In this document: positions 1 to 8,108 of the stretch, piece by piece
How positions within the stretch are numbered: position 1 is the stretch's first letter
How the letters are laid out: every line of letters begins with the position of its first letter
Virus record (IMG/VR): IMGVR_UViG_2778261121_000003
Span: 1 to 45,596 of that record
Length of the DNA stretch: 45,596 nucleotides
DNA from: a virus
Taxonomy: Duplodnaviria; Heunggongvirae; Uroviricota; Caudoviricetes
Strand: one strand, 5' to 3'
The notes under the pieces: generated by a model
The model's database searches: none
What the model saw: only the letters and a program-made list of their open reading frames with translations
Told to the model about the DNA's origin: nothing
Position numbers and translations under genes: made by a program

Positions 1-124
1 ATGTAGCTTTTTGTTTTTCGCAATTGTCGGTTTTTTTTATTAAATTTAGTTTTTTATTAGAGGCTATTTTCTCTGTTTCTTCTCTAACTTCTTTTATCGT
101 CATGTAAGTTTCTTTTGTCATTAT
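1..124 (-). CDS. partial hypothetical protein (N-terminal part only; runs off the left edge of the window)
   Basis: Reverse-strand reading frame open from an ATG near 101-124 to the window edge (translation MTIKEVREETEKIASNKKLNLIKK...); very AT-rich; no convincing SD; not in the supplied ORF track because truncated. Confidence 0.25.
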   Translation of the reverse strand, partial: MMTKETYMTIKEVREETEKIASNKKLNLIKKTDNCEKQKAT

Positions 125-268
125 AATTCGACCTACTGGAATATCTTGATTTAAGAGGCTACAAATATAGTTCAGCCAATCAAGAAATTTTTTCAGCCGG
201 AGGTTTGTACTTCAAAAAATGTGATGAATGTCACATGCAGGTGCTCTCATACACCTGCATGTAGACTA

Positions 269-835
269 TTAATCATTCAATAATCTATATTTTCTTTTGA
301 TTAAATCTTCACCTTTTTTGGTGAACACAAAACCAAATTGCGATTTTTTGTTCAGCCGAAGGACTCTGTTATCCAACGCATCTGTTGATGGAATCAATGT
401 TTGATCATCTATCCAATTAAGCAGCGTAAGAAAGTTCAGCAGCCTCAACGTTGTTGTGCGAAGCTCTTTCGATATATTTTCAATGCTGGCAATTCGTCTT
501 TCTTTTTTCTCAGGTGGCACAGATAATTGTTCTTGAGATTTCGTGGATAGATAATCAATTTCGTTTGCTGCATCGAATGATATGTGAGGCGTAATTTTGC
601 TAAAAAAGCCTTTCGCTGACTCACTTGATAATAAACCAGACCTATTCATATCGTTTGTTATTCTGTACAGGAGTGGACTGTGTTTCATTTCAGGATAACG
701 TTGATAAAAGTTAAGCAATTCAAAAGCAGCATTAGCACCAACAAGAAAATCAGAAGGATCGCTGACTTTCCAGAAAGAATGATTTTTCTTAGCGCCAGTG
801 GTGTCAACAAATGATAATTCTTTTAACCAACTCAT
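269..835 (-). CDS. hypothetical protein (AT-rich accessory gene)
   Basis: ORF 269..868 in the track; preferred start is the internal ATG at 835 (MSWLKELSF...), which has an AAGGAG SD 6 nt upstream on the minus strand; no recognisable motifs. Confidence 0.6.
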   Translation of the reverse strand: MSWLKELSFVDTTGAKKNHSFWKVSDPSDFLVGANAAFELLNFYQRYPEMKHSPLLYRITNDMNRSGLLSSESAKGFFSKITPHISFDAANEIDYLSTKSQEQLSVPPEKKERRIASIENISKELRTTTLRLLNFLTLLNWIDDQTLIPSTDALDNRVLRLNKKSQFGFVFTKKGEDLIKRKYRLLND

Positions 836-900
836 GATGTGCTCCTTTCTAACAAGTGAGCACATCATAGAATTAGTAGATAGGGGGTAAATATGAAATG

Positions 901-1179
901 TTACGGCAACCTGCTCAGTATTTCCTCTAGATCTTTTTTTGTCATATTGGAGTTTTCATAGATGCGCATGATTTTCTCACGCGTCTTAGCGGAAACCCCA
1001 ACGGCAGATGTGACTTTGTCAAATTCAGCCATAGTCATCGTCTCTAGAATGGCATTGATAACTTCAGCCTTAGACATCTTGATTTTTTTCTCTTTGAGTT
1101 TTATTTGGAATTTTCCAAGTTTTTCATTGGCCTTATCAGACAATGCCACTTGGCAATAAGTTGTTTTCTTTTCGCTCAT
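901..1179 (-). CDS. hypothetical small Lys-rich protein
   Basis: 92-aa ORF co-directional with and immediately downstream of the helicase gene; no recognisable motifs. Confidence 0.5.
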   Translation of the reverse strand: MSEKKTTYCQVALSDKANEKLGKFQIKLKEKKIKMSKAEVINAILETMTMAEFDKVTSAVGVSAKTREKIMRIYENSNMTKKDLEEILSRLP

Positions 1180-1181
1180 AA

Positions 1182-2741
1182 CTAATCTCGTTTCAGAACT
1201 CCAAAATCGAATGCGCCATCAATTGGCAATACACCTTCTGCAAAGCCAGGTGTAGTGTCGATGATGTGTTTTCGCTCATAAGAGTGAGACAACAGGTATT
1301 TGTTGCTAATGTCAATGAAATCAGTGATAAAACACACGTTTGCCTGATTCTTCTTGGCTCGTAAGCCACGACCGACACGTTGTCTCATTTCAACTTCTGC
1401 TTTCCCGCCACCAGCAAGAATGACCGCACCAACGCTTGGCACATCAACACCGACATCCAGAATAGTCGAGCCTATTAAAACATCTATTTCACCAGACGCT
1501 AAACTGTTCAGCTTTGCTTGCCTTGTCGCCTGGTTCGATTCCCCATAGATGAAGTCAACTCTAAGACCGGACTCCTTCATCATCTCCATCAGGATTTGCC
1601 CGTGGCGTTTAAGACGAACCAGAGTCATGCAGTTGAGAGAGTGTTGCTTATAGAGCAATGCTTCGCGCACAATGGCCTCGTTACGTCCCAAATTATACAC
1701 GATCCCCAACTGATAAGCCTTTTGGTAGGCAGTGCTCATACCTACTCTAAAATTGAGGTGTTTGTTAGCAAGTTCTGCCTTGATTCTGACCTCGTCCGGT
1801 TTGTAGGCAACTTTATGATAAAGGAAGTATGGCTTTGCCAGAATGCCTCTATCAATCAGGTACTTTTCCGTGACTTTTATTTCAATTCGCCCGGCTACAG
1901 CCATCAGACGCATGTTGGCTTCCGTAGAATCCTTCATGAACGGCGTTGCCGTAAGCGCCAGGCGATAGTCTGCGTTCGCACATAATCTGGCAATGTCATA
2001 GAAATTAGAGCCTGAAGACTCATGCGCCTCTTCCAGAATAAGAAGAGAGACACTTGAAAGGAAGCGTTTCACCAACTCCCGACGTTTGAGGTGGTAGCTT
2101 TTCTTATCTGGAGTTGCATCGCGTGGTGGTTCTTCAAGGAAACTTGCAAGAGTTTGAACTGTAGCGACGTTGATATGTCGTGATACCTGGAACTCACCCG
2201 AGCCAATTACTCCAACCTTTTGGTCTTTTAACCACGGTTCGCCATTTTCGGCGCGGTAGTCGATGGATCTCTGGAAGTTTTCGGCCATCTGAAACATCAG
2301 AACAGAGCGGGTTGTTAAAAATAATGTCATTCGACCGATACGTGCAGCTGCTTTGCAGGCAACATTAGATTTCCCGCCACCAGTAGCGATCTGCGCAATC
2401 ATCATTCCCTCTCGAACCAGTGTTTCCACAGTCTGATCCTGATACGCATAATCAGGATTGTATGGGAATGGGTTAACCGCCGGATTTGGTTTACCAAGCG
2501 CCGGGGCTTTGTCTTTGCGGATATGAACACATTTGATGCCCGCCTTGTTCAAGTTCGCCGCTACAGGCTTGGCAAAGCCAGCAGGGAACGAGTTTTTACT
2601 CCAGTTGAACATCGTGCTTGTGCCCTTCCAGTCGCCAGTCTCGACTTCGTAGCTCAACATTTGCTGCACCAGTTGCTTTACCTTGTCATCTGCGCCAGAA
2701 ATAAGCGCATTTACTGCGTTAGATACAATCCGAACAGTCAT
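1182..2741 (-). CDS. superfamily-2 (DEAD/DEAH-like) DNA/RNA helicase
   Basis: 519-aa ORF; Walker A-like ATGGGKS, motif II-like LILEEAHE, motif VI-like QRVGRGLR visible in the translation. Confidence 0.85.
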   Translation of the reverse strand: MTVRIVSNAVNALISGADDKVKQLVQQMLSYEVETGDWKGTSTMFNWSKNSFPAGFAKPVAANLNKAGIKCVHIRKDKAPALGKPNPAVNPFPYNPDYAYQDQTVETLVREGMMIAQIATGGGKSNVACKAAARIGRMTLFLTTRSVLMFQMAENFQRSIDYRAENGEPWLKDQKVGVIGSGEFQVSRHINVATVQTLASFLEEPPRDATPDKKSYHLKRRELVKRFLSSVSLLILEEAHESSGSNFYDIARLCANADYRLALTATPFMKDSTEANMRLMAVAGRIEIKVTEKYLIDRGILAKPYFLYHKVAYKPDEVRIKAELANKHLNFRVGMSTAYQKAYQLGIVYNLGRNEAIVREALLYKQHSLNCMTLVRLKRHGQILMEMMKESGLRVDFIYGESNQATRQAKLNSLASGEIDVLIGSTILDVGVDVPSVGAVILAGGGKAEVEMRQRVGRGLRAKKNQANVCFITDFIDISNKYLLSHSYERKHIIDTTPGFAEGVLPIDGAFDFGVLKRD

Positions 2742-2785
2742 AAACCTCTTTCCTTAGTGCCTTTTGTATGTTATTTGGCTATTAT

Positions 2786-2807
2786 AATAAGTAAGTAATT
2801 ACTTAGT
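2786..2807 (+). promoter_or_regulatory. conserved intergenic motif (ATAAGTAAGTAATTACTTAG), putative phage promoter/operator
   Basis: Member of the GATAAGTAAGTA-type motif family found about 14 times in intergenic DNA, always in + orientation; here in the divergent region between the helicase and ParB-like genes. Confidence 0.4.
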
Positions 2808-2823
2808 AGATTGTAGCAATAAA

Positions 2824-3504
2824 ATGGATGTAAAAATCACGATTTTGCAGGTTGATGTTGCCAACCTTCGCCCGAATACCTGGAACACCAATTCGGTTGG
2901 TGCGCAGAATTTTGAAAAACTGAAAGGTTCTATCGAAAAATTGGGCTTTTTTAAGCCAATTTTGGCTCGTGAACTTGAAGATGGATTTTTTGAAATCCTC
3001 GGCGGCGAACATCGCTGGCGTGCTGCTATTGAGCAAGGAATTTCAACGGTTCCGGTGCTTTCTGTGGGCAAAATTAGCGATGTCGTAGCTAAACAGATGT
3101 CACTGGTGGACAACGAGCGATACGGTGAAGACGACCAAATCGCATTGCAACGCTTCATTGAAGAAATTCAGTCAGAACTTGACTATCAACTGTCTGAAAT
3201 CGCCCCGTATGACGACGAAATCTCGATGGTTTTAGCAAAAGAGGCGGCAATCGACCTTGAAGCACTGGAGGCGTTGTCTCGTGGTAGTGATGAGCCTGTC
3301 GATACCGACAAACGAGAGAAAACCGAACGTGTGGGGGCGGAACATCAGACCATGCGCTTCAAAGTAACTTTCGATGCGTCAGATCGTGTTGCAGAAACCA
3401 TAAAAAACATCATCAAAGAGCAGGCTATTAACACCGGTAATGAAATGGAGAACGCTGGTGAGGCTCTGGTGTGGCTGGTCGACTACTACAAGGAGCGTAT
3501 GTAA
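2824..3504 (+). CDS. ParB N-terminal domain (ParB/Srx-like) protein, paralog 1
   Basis: 226 aa; ParB-box-like GGEHRWRAAIEQG followed by a hydrophobic stretch, typical of the ParB/sulfiredoxin N-domain. Confidence 0.8.
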   Translation: MDVKITILQVDVANLRPNTWNTNSVGAQNFEKLKGSIEKLGFFKPILARELEDGFFEILGGEHRWRAAIEQGISTVPVLSVGKISDVVAKQMSLVDNERYGEDDQIALQRFIEEIQSELDYQLSEIAPYDDEISMVLAKEAAIDLEALEALSRGSDEPVDTDKREKTERVGAEHQTMRFKVTFDASDRVAETIKNIIKEQAINTGNEMENAGEALVWLVDYYKERM

Positions 3505-4172
3505 TGACCAAAAAGTTTGAAATCGTATATCGCGACCCGGCAGATCTTATTCCCTATGAGATGAATGCCAAAAAGCATGATGAACAGCAGATCCGAGATC
3601 TGGCCGCAGCCATTAAAAAGCGCGGATTTGACCAGCCAATTACGGTCGATAAGAACGACGTAATTATTACTGGCCACGGCCGCCGTGAGGCTGCAATTTT
3701 TGCTGGACTTGAGCGCGTACCGGTTATTGTTCGCGATGATCTCAGTGATGACGAGGTTCGTGCGAAGCGCCTTGAAGATAACCGACTTGCCAGCATTGAT
3801 TACGATGCAATTAAGCTACAGAAAGAGCTTGAGTCGCTTGTTCTGGACGATATCGAGGTTTTCGGCTTTGAAGAGCGTGAGTTGAATGTTCTCGTTGGCA
3901 GTATGACAGAAGAAATGGACACCGACTCGCTAGTTATCGATCTTGGCGAAGAAACTAAACGACAGAAGGATGAACACACCGAGATCAGTCGTGAAGTTGC
4001 AGCGGAAGAAGTACGTGTTGTCGACGTATTGGGCTTTAAAACGCTCCCTGCTGGCTCTGCCATTGTTGTTGGTGATTTGCTTGCCCATATGGAAGAAATG
4101 ACGGGAGAAAGCGGGGTAGACGCATTTGTGGCATATGCGGAGAAGATCTCTTCCGGGGAGATGGCTGCATGA
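3504..4172 (+). CDS. ParB N-terminal domain (ParB/Srx-like) protein, paralog 2
   Basis: Start ATG at 3504 overlaps the upstream stop (TAATG) with AGGAG SD at 3491-3495; ParB-box-like ITGHGRREAAIFAG. Confidence 0.8.
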   Translation: MTKKFEIVYRDPADLIPYEMNAKKHDEQQIRDLAAAIKKRGFDQPITVDKNDVIITGHGRREAAIFAGLERVPVIVRDDLSDDEVRAKRLEDNRLASIDYDAIKLQKELESLVLDDIEVFGFEERELNVLVGSMTEEMDTDSLVIDLGEETKRQKDEHTEISREVAAEEVRVVDVLGFKTLPAGSAIVVGDLLAHMEEMTGESGVDAFVAYAEKISSGEMAA

Positions 4173-4834
4173 GCAAATACATCATCAACGTATCGTTTCA
4201 GACACGCGTAAATAAAACCACGCGCACGTTGGAAATCGCTGAGTCGTTTGGGCTTGGCCTGGACGAAAAAGAGTGGACGCTTTACGACAATCTGGAGCTG
4301 GAAGTGAAGCAGGGCGATGTGGTGTACATCACCGGCCAATCCGGTTCCGGCAAATCCGTTGTGCTGCGCGAGTTACAACGACAGATGAAGGATGAAGGGC
4401 TGTCTGTAGCCTCCATCGATGATTTTACCTTCGATAATGAGGTTAACGTCATCGATCAGTTGGGCAAAACGACCAGCGATGCGCTTGGGTTGTTATCTAT
4501 GGCTGGTCTGAACGATGCATATCTGTTTGTTCGCAAGCCTTCTGAAATGTCAGACGGTCAGAAATATCGTCTCAAGATTGCCAAACTGATTGAGTCAGGC
4601 GCTAAAGTGTGGGCTGCTGACGAGTTCGGTGCTGTTCTCGACCGTGTAACCGCTCAGGTTGTGGCATCTAATCTCCAGCGTGCCGCTCGAAAGGTTGGTG
4701 CGACGGTAATGGTGGCGACGACTCACGAAGACCTGAAGAACGCGCTGCGCCCGGATATGCAGATCACCAAGCACTACAAAGAACGCGTGAAGGTGGAATA
4801 TCACAATGGTAGTCATGATGAGGTCTATTCATGA
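4169..4834 (+). CDS. minimal ABC-type ATPase (nucleotide-binding domain only)
   Basis: 221 aa; Walker A GQSGSGKS, ABC-signature-like SDGQKYR, Walker B/D-loop VWAADEFGAVLD, H-loop-like ATTHE; start overlaps the upstream stop (ATGA). Confidence 0.75.
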   Translation: MSKYIINVSFQTRVNKTTRTLEIAESFGLGLDEKEWTLYDNLELEVKQGDVVYITGQSGSGKSVVLRELQRQMKDEGLSVASIDDFTFDNEVNVIDQLGKTTSDALGLLSMAGLNDAYLFVRKPSEMSDGQKYRLKIAKLIESGAKVWAADEFGAVLDRVTAQVVASNLQRAARKVGATVMVATTHEDLKNALRPDMQITKHYKERVKVEYHNGSHDEVYS

Positions 4835-5721
4835 CGGACATCATCATTAAACGCTACCGCCCTGAAGAGTTTCCGCGTCATCTGGACTTTCTGGAGCGAA
4901 TGACTGTTACAAAGGGAACTGTAGAGGACTGGCACGCTCTTAAGTCGCTTCACTACAAAACAGACGGCAAACCTTTCGCGCCAACTTACTATCGCTGCGA
5001 ACTTGATGACCGTCTGGTGGGCGTCGTGGTTATGGCTTACCCGAAACTACTGTTGGCACCTCGCCACCGCATGTTTCCTAAGTTGAAACCAACCACTAAT
5101 ACCACCGTGGCTAACCAGTACTGGGGTCGGTACGTGAATAACAACTTTGCGGTGATTAGTCGCTCAGTTGTGGATACTCAGTATCGTGGCGTAGGCGTCT
5201 CTTATCGAATGATTAACCTGGTTAGCAGGATGCATGACCGGCCAATCATTGAGATCCAGTCCTCGATGAGCAAATACAATCCCTTCGCCATGAAAGCAGG
5301 GTTTAAGTTCATCCGCCCTGAGCGACCGAAGAGCTATGAAAGTGCACTGCGTGTTTTCCAGCGTCATTTTCGTTCCGACCCGGGTGATAACGAGGCGATC
5401 GTCAAAGAGTTGTTCGCAATGAGCGAGTCACGTCGTCGCCGTGCACTGCGTGATCTGGTGGCGGACTACCACAAGAACAGTTCCCTGGCAAAAGCTGGGC
5501 GGAATCGCGGCACGACGATTCAGGACATTGCCGACAGTCTGGTGGACGAGGCCAGTATTGTGAAGCTGCTCAAGGACATTCACAACCTGAGCTTTACGTC
5601 TCCGTTGTATGGTGTGTATCGAAACCCTGACTTTGGTCGTCGACTGCCTGACACGCTGCCACTGCTGGCATTCGACAAACAACCTTTGGATAAACCGTTA
5701 GAAATTGCTTTACCGGCATAA
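4831..5721 (+). CDS. hypothetical protein with probable GNAT-fold acyltransferase domain
   Basis: 296 aa; GNAT motif-A-like VDTQYRGVGVSYRMINLV after a hydrophobic beta-strand; long C-terminal extension; start overlaps the upstream stop (ATGA). Confidence 0.6.
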   Translation: MTDIIIKRYRPEEFPRHLDFLERMTVTKGTVEDWHALKSLHYKTDGKPFAPTYYRCELDDRLVGVVVMAYPKLLLAPRHRMFPKLKPTTNTTVANQYWGRYVNNNFAVISRSVVDTQYRGVGVSYRMINLVSRMHDRPIIEIQSSMSKYNPFAMKAGFKFIRPERPKSYESALRVFQRHFRSDPGDNEAIVKELFAMSESRRRRALRDLVADYHKNSSLAKAGRNRGTTIQDIADSLVDEASIVKLLKDIHNLSFTSPLYGVYRNPDFGRRLPDTLPLLAFDKQPLDKPLEIALPA

Positions 5722-5730
5722 GGATTTGCC

Positions 5731-5997
5731 ATGACGTTAACCGACAAACAAAAGGACATCATCAAAACGCTCAATCTCGGTTATGAGCGAGGTCATCTAC
5801 TTGATCTGGACGAATTGCTTGAAGTTTTGCCGTACAAGACAACAAAGCAAAGTATCCAGTTCTCAATTCGCGCTCTGATAAAAAAGGGGCTGGTGGAGAA
5901 AGGGCATACGCGCCAACGCAGTGACAATCGCTATCACCGCCGGACTCTTGGGTTAACCACTTTAGGTCGAGCCAAAGCGAAGTTACTGGTGATGTAA
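5731..5997 (+). CDS. small putative DNA-binding (winged-helix-like) protein
   Basis: 88-aa basic protein at the end of the ParB/ABC/GNAT operon; SD AAGGA upstream; HTH assignment is inference from size and charge pattern. Confidence 0.5.
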   Translation: MTLTDKQKDIIKTLNLGYERGHLLDLDELLEVLPYKTTKQSIQFSIRALIKKGLVEKGHTRQRSDNRYHRRTLGLTTLGRAKAKLLVM

Positions 5998-6021
5998 TCG
6001 GTCTGGGACGTTATTTAAAGA

Positions 6022-6076
6022 CCTGCTTCTGTATATATAAATAATAAGTAACTTATTAAATATATACGGAAGCAGG
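6022..6076. repeat. 55-bp AT-core palindrome, copy 1
   Basis: CCTGCTTCTGTATATATAAATAATAAGTAACTTATTAAATATATACGGAAGCAGG; near-perfect dyad symmetry; a near-identical copy lies at 36151-36205; flanked by outer inverted GGTCTGGG/CCCAGACC. Confidence 0.8.
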
Positions 6077-6193
6077 CTTAGTAAGACATGCCCAGACCTA
6101 ATTAGACACACCAGAAAACAAGTTGGTTAGCAGATGCAGTAAACAAGTTGTTTTAGAGCGCATGGACGCGCTCTGTGTGTTTTAGAGGGATCT

Positions 6194-6826
6194 ATGACTG
6201 TCGAAAAAGACGAGGTAAAAACTCGCCTGACACCAGCGGAGTGGGCCGAAGCTGAAGCCAAATGGACGTCAGGCGAATATACACTCTCAAAGCTGGAGGA
6301 AGAGTACGGCATTCGTCGTGAAACACTCTCCAGACATTTCAAAAAGCGAGGATTAGAGAAAGGCGCGGACTCTGTTGGGAAGATGGTTCGTGAGTCTCTT
6401 AAATCTGACGCAGAGCTTCGCGCTAAAGCCCGTGCGGAAAAGATAGAAGAACGTCGTACACGTTATGACGGCTGGGCGTATGCGTTGGGGCAGATGGTGA
6501 TGGTCGAAGTCACTACGGCCAAACGTGAGGGTAAGCCTTTAGGGGCGATTGAGGGTTCTCTCAAGAGCTTACAGAGAGCCAGTAATACCCTTGCAAAATG
6601 CTTTGAAGTTTCGTCCAAAGCATTGGGCATGGATCATGCGGAAAATGACGAGGAAGAAATTCCTAACCTGGTATTTGGTGAGCTTACGCCTTCCCAGGTG
6701 GCGAAATTACGTCAGGAAGACGACGAGCCTGAAATCATCGATGACGAATTGCTTGAGACGTTGGAAGAAGAAGCTCTAAGCGAATTTGATGCGACAGATG
6801 ATGGAAGTGAAGGGGAGGACGAATAA
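6194..6826 (+). CDS. putative terminase small subunit
   Basis: 210 aa; HTH-like N-terminus and acidic C-terminus; sits directly upstream of and abutting the large terminase gene; SD GAGGGA. Confidence 0.55.
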   Translation: MTVEKDEVKTRLTPAEWAEAEAKWTSGEYTLSKLEEEYGIRRETLSRHFKKRGLEKGADSVGKMVRESLKSDAELRAKARAEKIEERRTRYDGWAYALGQMVMVEVTTAKREGKPLGAIEGSLKSLQRASNTLAKCFEVSSKALGMDHAENDEEEIPNLVFGELTPSQVAKLRQEDDEPEIIDDELLETLEEEALSEFDATDDGSEGEDE

Positions 6827-8082
6827 TGGCAATCCCGTCCTCGCTCAGTCTTGTGCAACTGCATTCTGGACAGATGAAAGTCTTCCAGTCTCCGCATCGA
6901 TTTAAAGTTGTTTGTGCTGGTCGACGCTGGGGAAAATCCCGGTTGTCGATCTCCACTATTATTCGTGCGGCGGCAAAGGAAAAAAAGCAAAGGGTCTGGT
7001 ATGTCGCTCCTACTTACCAGATGGCTCGCCAGATTTTGTGGGACGATCTACAGGAAGTTCTGCCCCGTAAGTGGGTTAGGAAAAAGAACGACACCACGAT
7101 GACAATCGTGTTGAAGAACGGTTCGGAGATCGCCCTCAAAGGTGCTGATAAACCTGACACTCTGCGCGGCGTAGCGTTGCATTTTGTAGTGCTTGATGAA
7201 TTTCAGGATATGAAGGCTGACACCTGGTACAAGGTGTTACGACCTACTCTTTCATCGACACGCGGCGGTGCACTGATTATTGGTACGCCAAAAGGCTTCT
7301 CGGAATTTCACAAACTGTGGACTATAGGCCAGAACGTAGAGCTGCAAAGAAAGGGACAGTGGAAGAGCTGGCAGTTTGTAACTGCTGATTCGCCGTTTGT
7401 GCCTACGGCGGAAATTGAAGCTGCTAAGAACGATATGGACCCTAAATCGTTCGCTCAGGAGTACCTGGCCAGCTTTGAAAATATGTCCGGGCGCGTTTAC
7501 TACCCGTTCGATCGAAACGTGCATGTTAAACCGCTTCAGTTCAACCCTCGGTTGCCTATATGGGTAGGACAGGACTTCAACATTGACCCGATGTCTTCCG
7601 TAATTTTGCAACCTCAGCCAAATGGTGAGCTATGGGCAATTGATGAATTGGTGCTCTTTTCCTCTAACACGGCAGAGGTTTGTGATGAGCTTGAGAGGCG
7701 CTTCTGGCGCTGGAAATCACAGATAACGGTATTTCCAGATCCGGCAGGTGCTTATCGCCAACATGCTCGCGGGGAGTCTGACGTAGACATATTCAAAGAG
7801 AAGGGATTCTTACGTGTCGATTATTCGAAAAAGCACCCGCCAATTGCGGATCGTGTTAATGCTGTTAACCGAATGCTGATGACCGCATCTGGAGATATCC
7901 GGCTGTATATCGATCCGAAGTGCAAGCATTTGATTGATTCACTGGAAAAGGTCATCTACAAGCCTGGAACACGAGATATGGATAAGACAGGTGGCATTGA
8001 GCATAGTGCAGACGCATTGGGCTATCCAGTACATCGTAGGTATCCAGTCAAAAACCGTGTTATTCTTGGTGGTTCTCGATAG
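6826..8082 (+). CDS. terminase large subunit
   Basis: 418 aa; Walker A VVCAGRRWGKS and Walker B HFVVLDEFQ in the N-terminal ATPase region. Confidence 0.85.
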   Translation: MAIPSSLSLVQLHSGQMKVFQSPHRFKVVCAGRRWGKSRLSISTIIRAAAKEKKQRVWYVAPTYQMARQILWDDLQEVLPRKWVRKKNDTTMTIVLKNGSEIALKGADKPDTLRGVALHFVVLDEFQDMKADTWYKVLRPTLSSTRGGALIIGTPKGFSEFHKLWTIGQNVELQRKGQWKSWQFVTADSPFVPTAEIEAAKNDMDPKSFAQEYLASFENMSGRVYYPFDRNVHVKPLQFNPRLPIWVGQDFNIDPMSSVILQPQPNGELWAIDELVLFSSNTAEVCDELERRFWRWKSQITVFPDPAGAYRQHARGESDVDIFKEKGFLRVDYSKKHPPIADRVNAVNRMLMTASGDIRLYIDPKCKHLIDSLEKVIYKPGTRDMDKTGGIEHSADALGYPVHRRYPVKNRVILGGSR

Positions 8083-8097
8083 GTAAGTAATTATCTA
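8078..8097 (+). promoter_or_regulatory. conserved intergenic motif (GATAGGTAAGTAATTATCTA)
   Basis: GATAAGTAAGTA-family motif 12 bp upstream of the portal start. Confidence 0.35.
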
Positions 8098-8108
8098 AGG
8101 TTATTCAA

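Noticed and set aside
269-868. Track start (ATG at 868) for the first minus-strand gene
   Set aside because: The ATG at 835 has an AAGGAG SD at ideal spacing whereas the 868 ATG sits inside the inverted repeat with no SD; the shorter gene is preferred, with low certainty.
3800-4339. 179-aa minus-strand ORF (Ser/Thr-rich) overlapping the ParB-like and ABC ATPase genes
   Set aside because: Entirely antisense to two well-supported + strand genes, low-complexity composition, no SD; treated as a spurious antisense ORF.
6022-6076. Palindromes interpreted as simple rho-independent terminators
   Set aside because: The stems are long and AT-rich in the centre and no T-tract follows; two near-identical copies next to DNA-binding-protein genes fit a protein-binding site better, though a terminator role cannot be excluded without transcript mapping.
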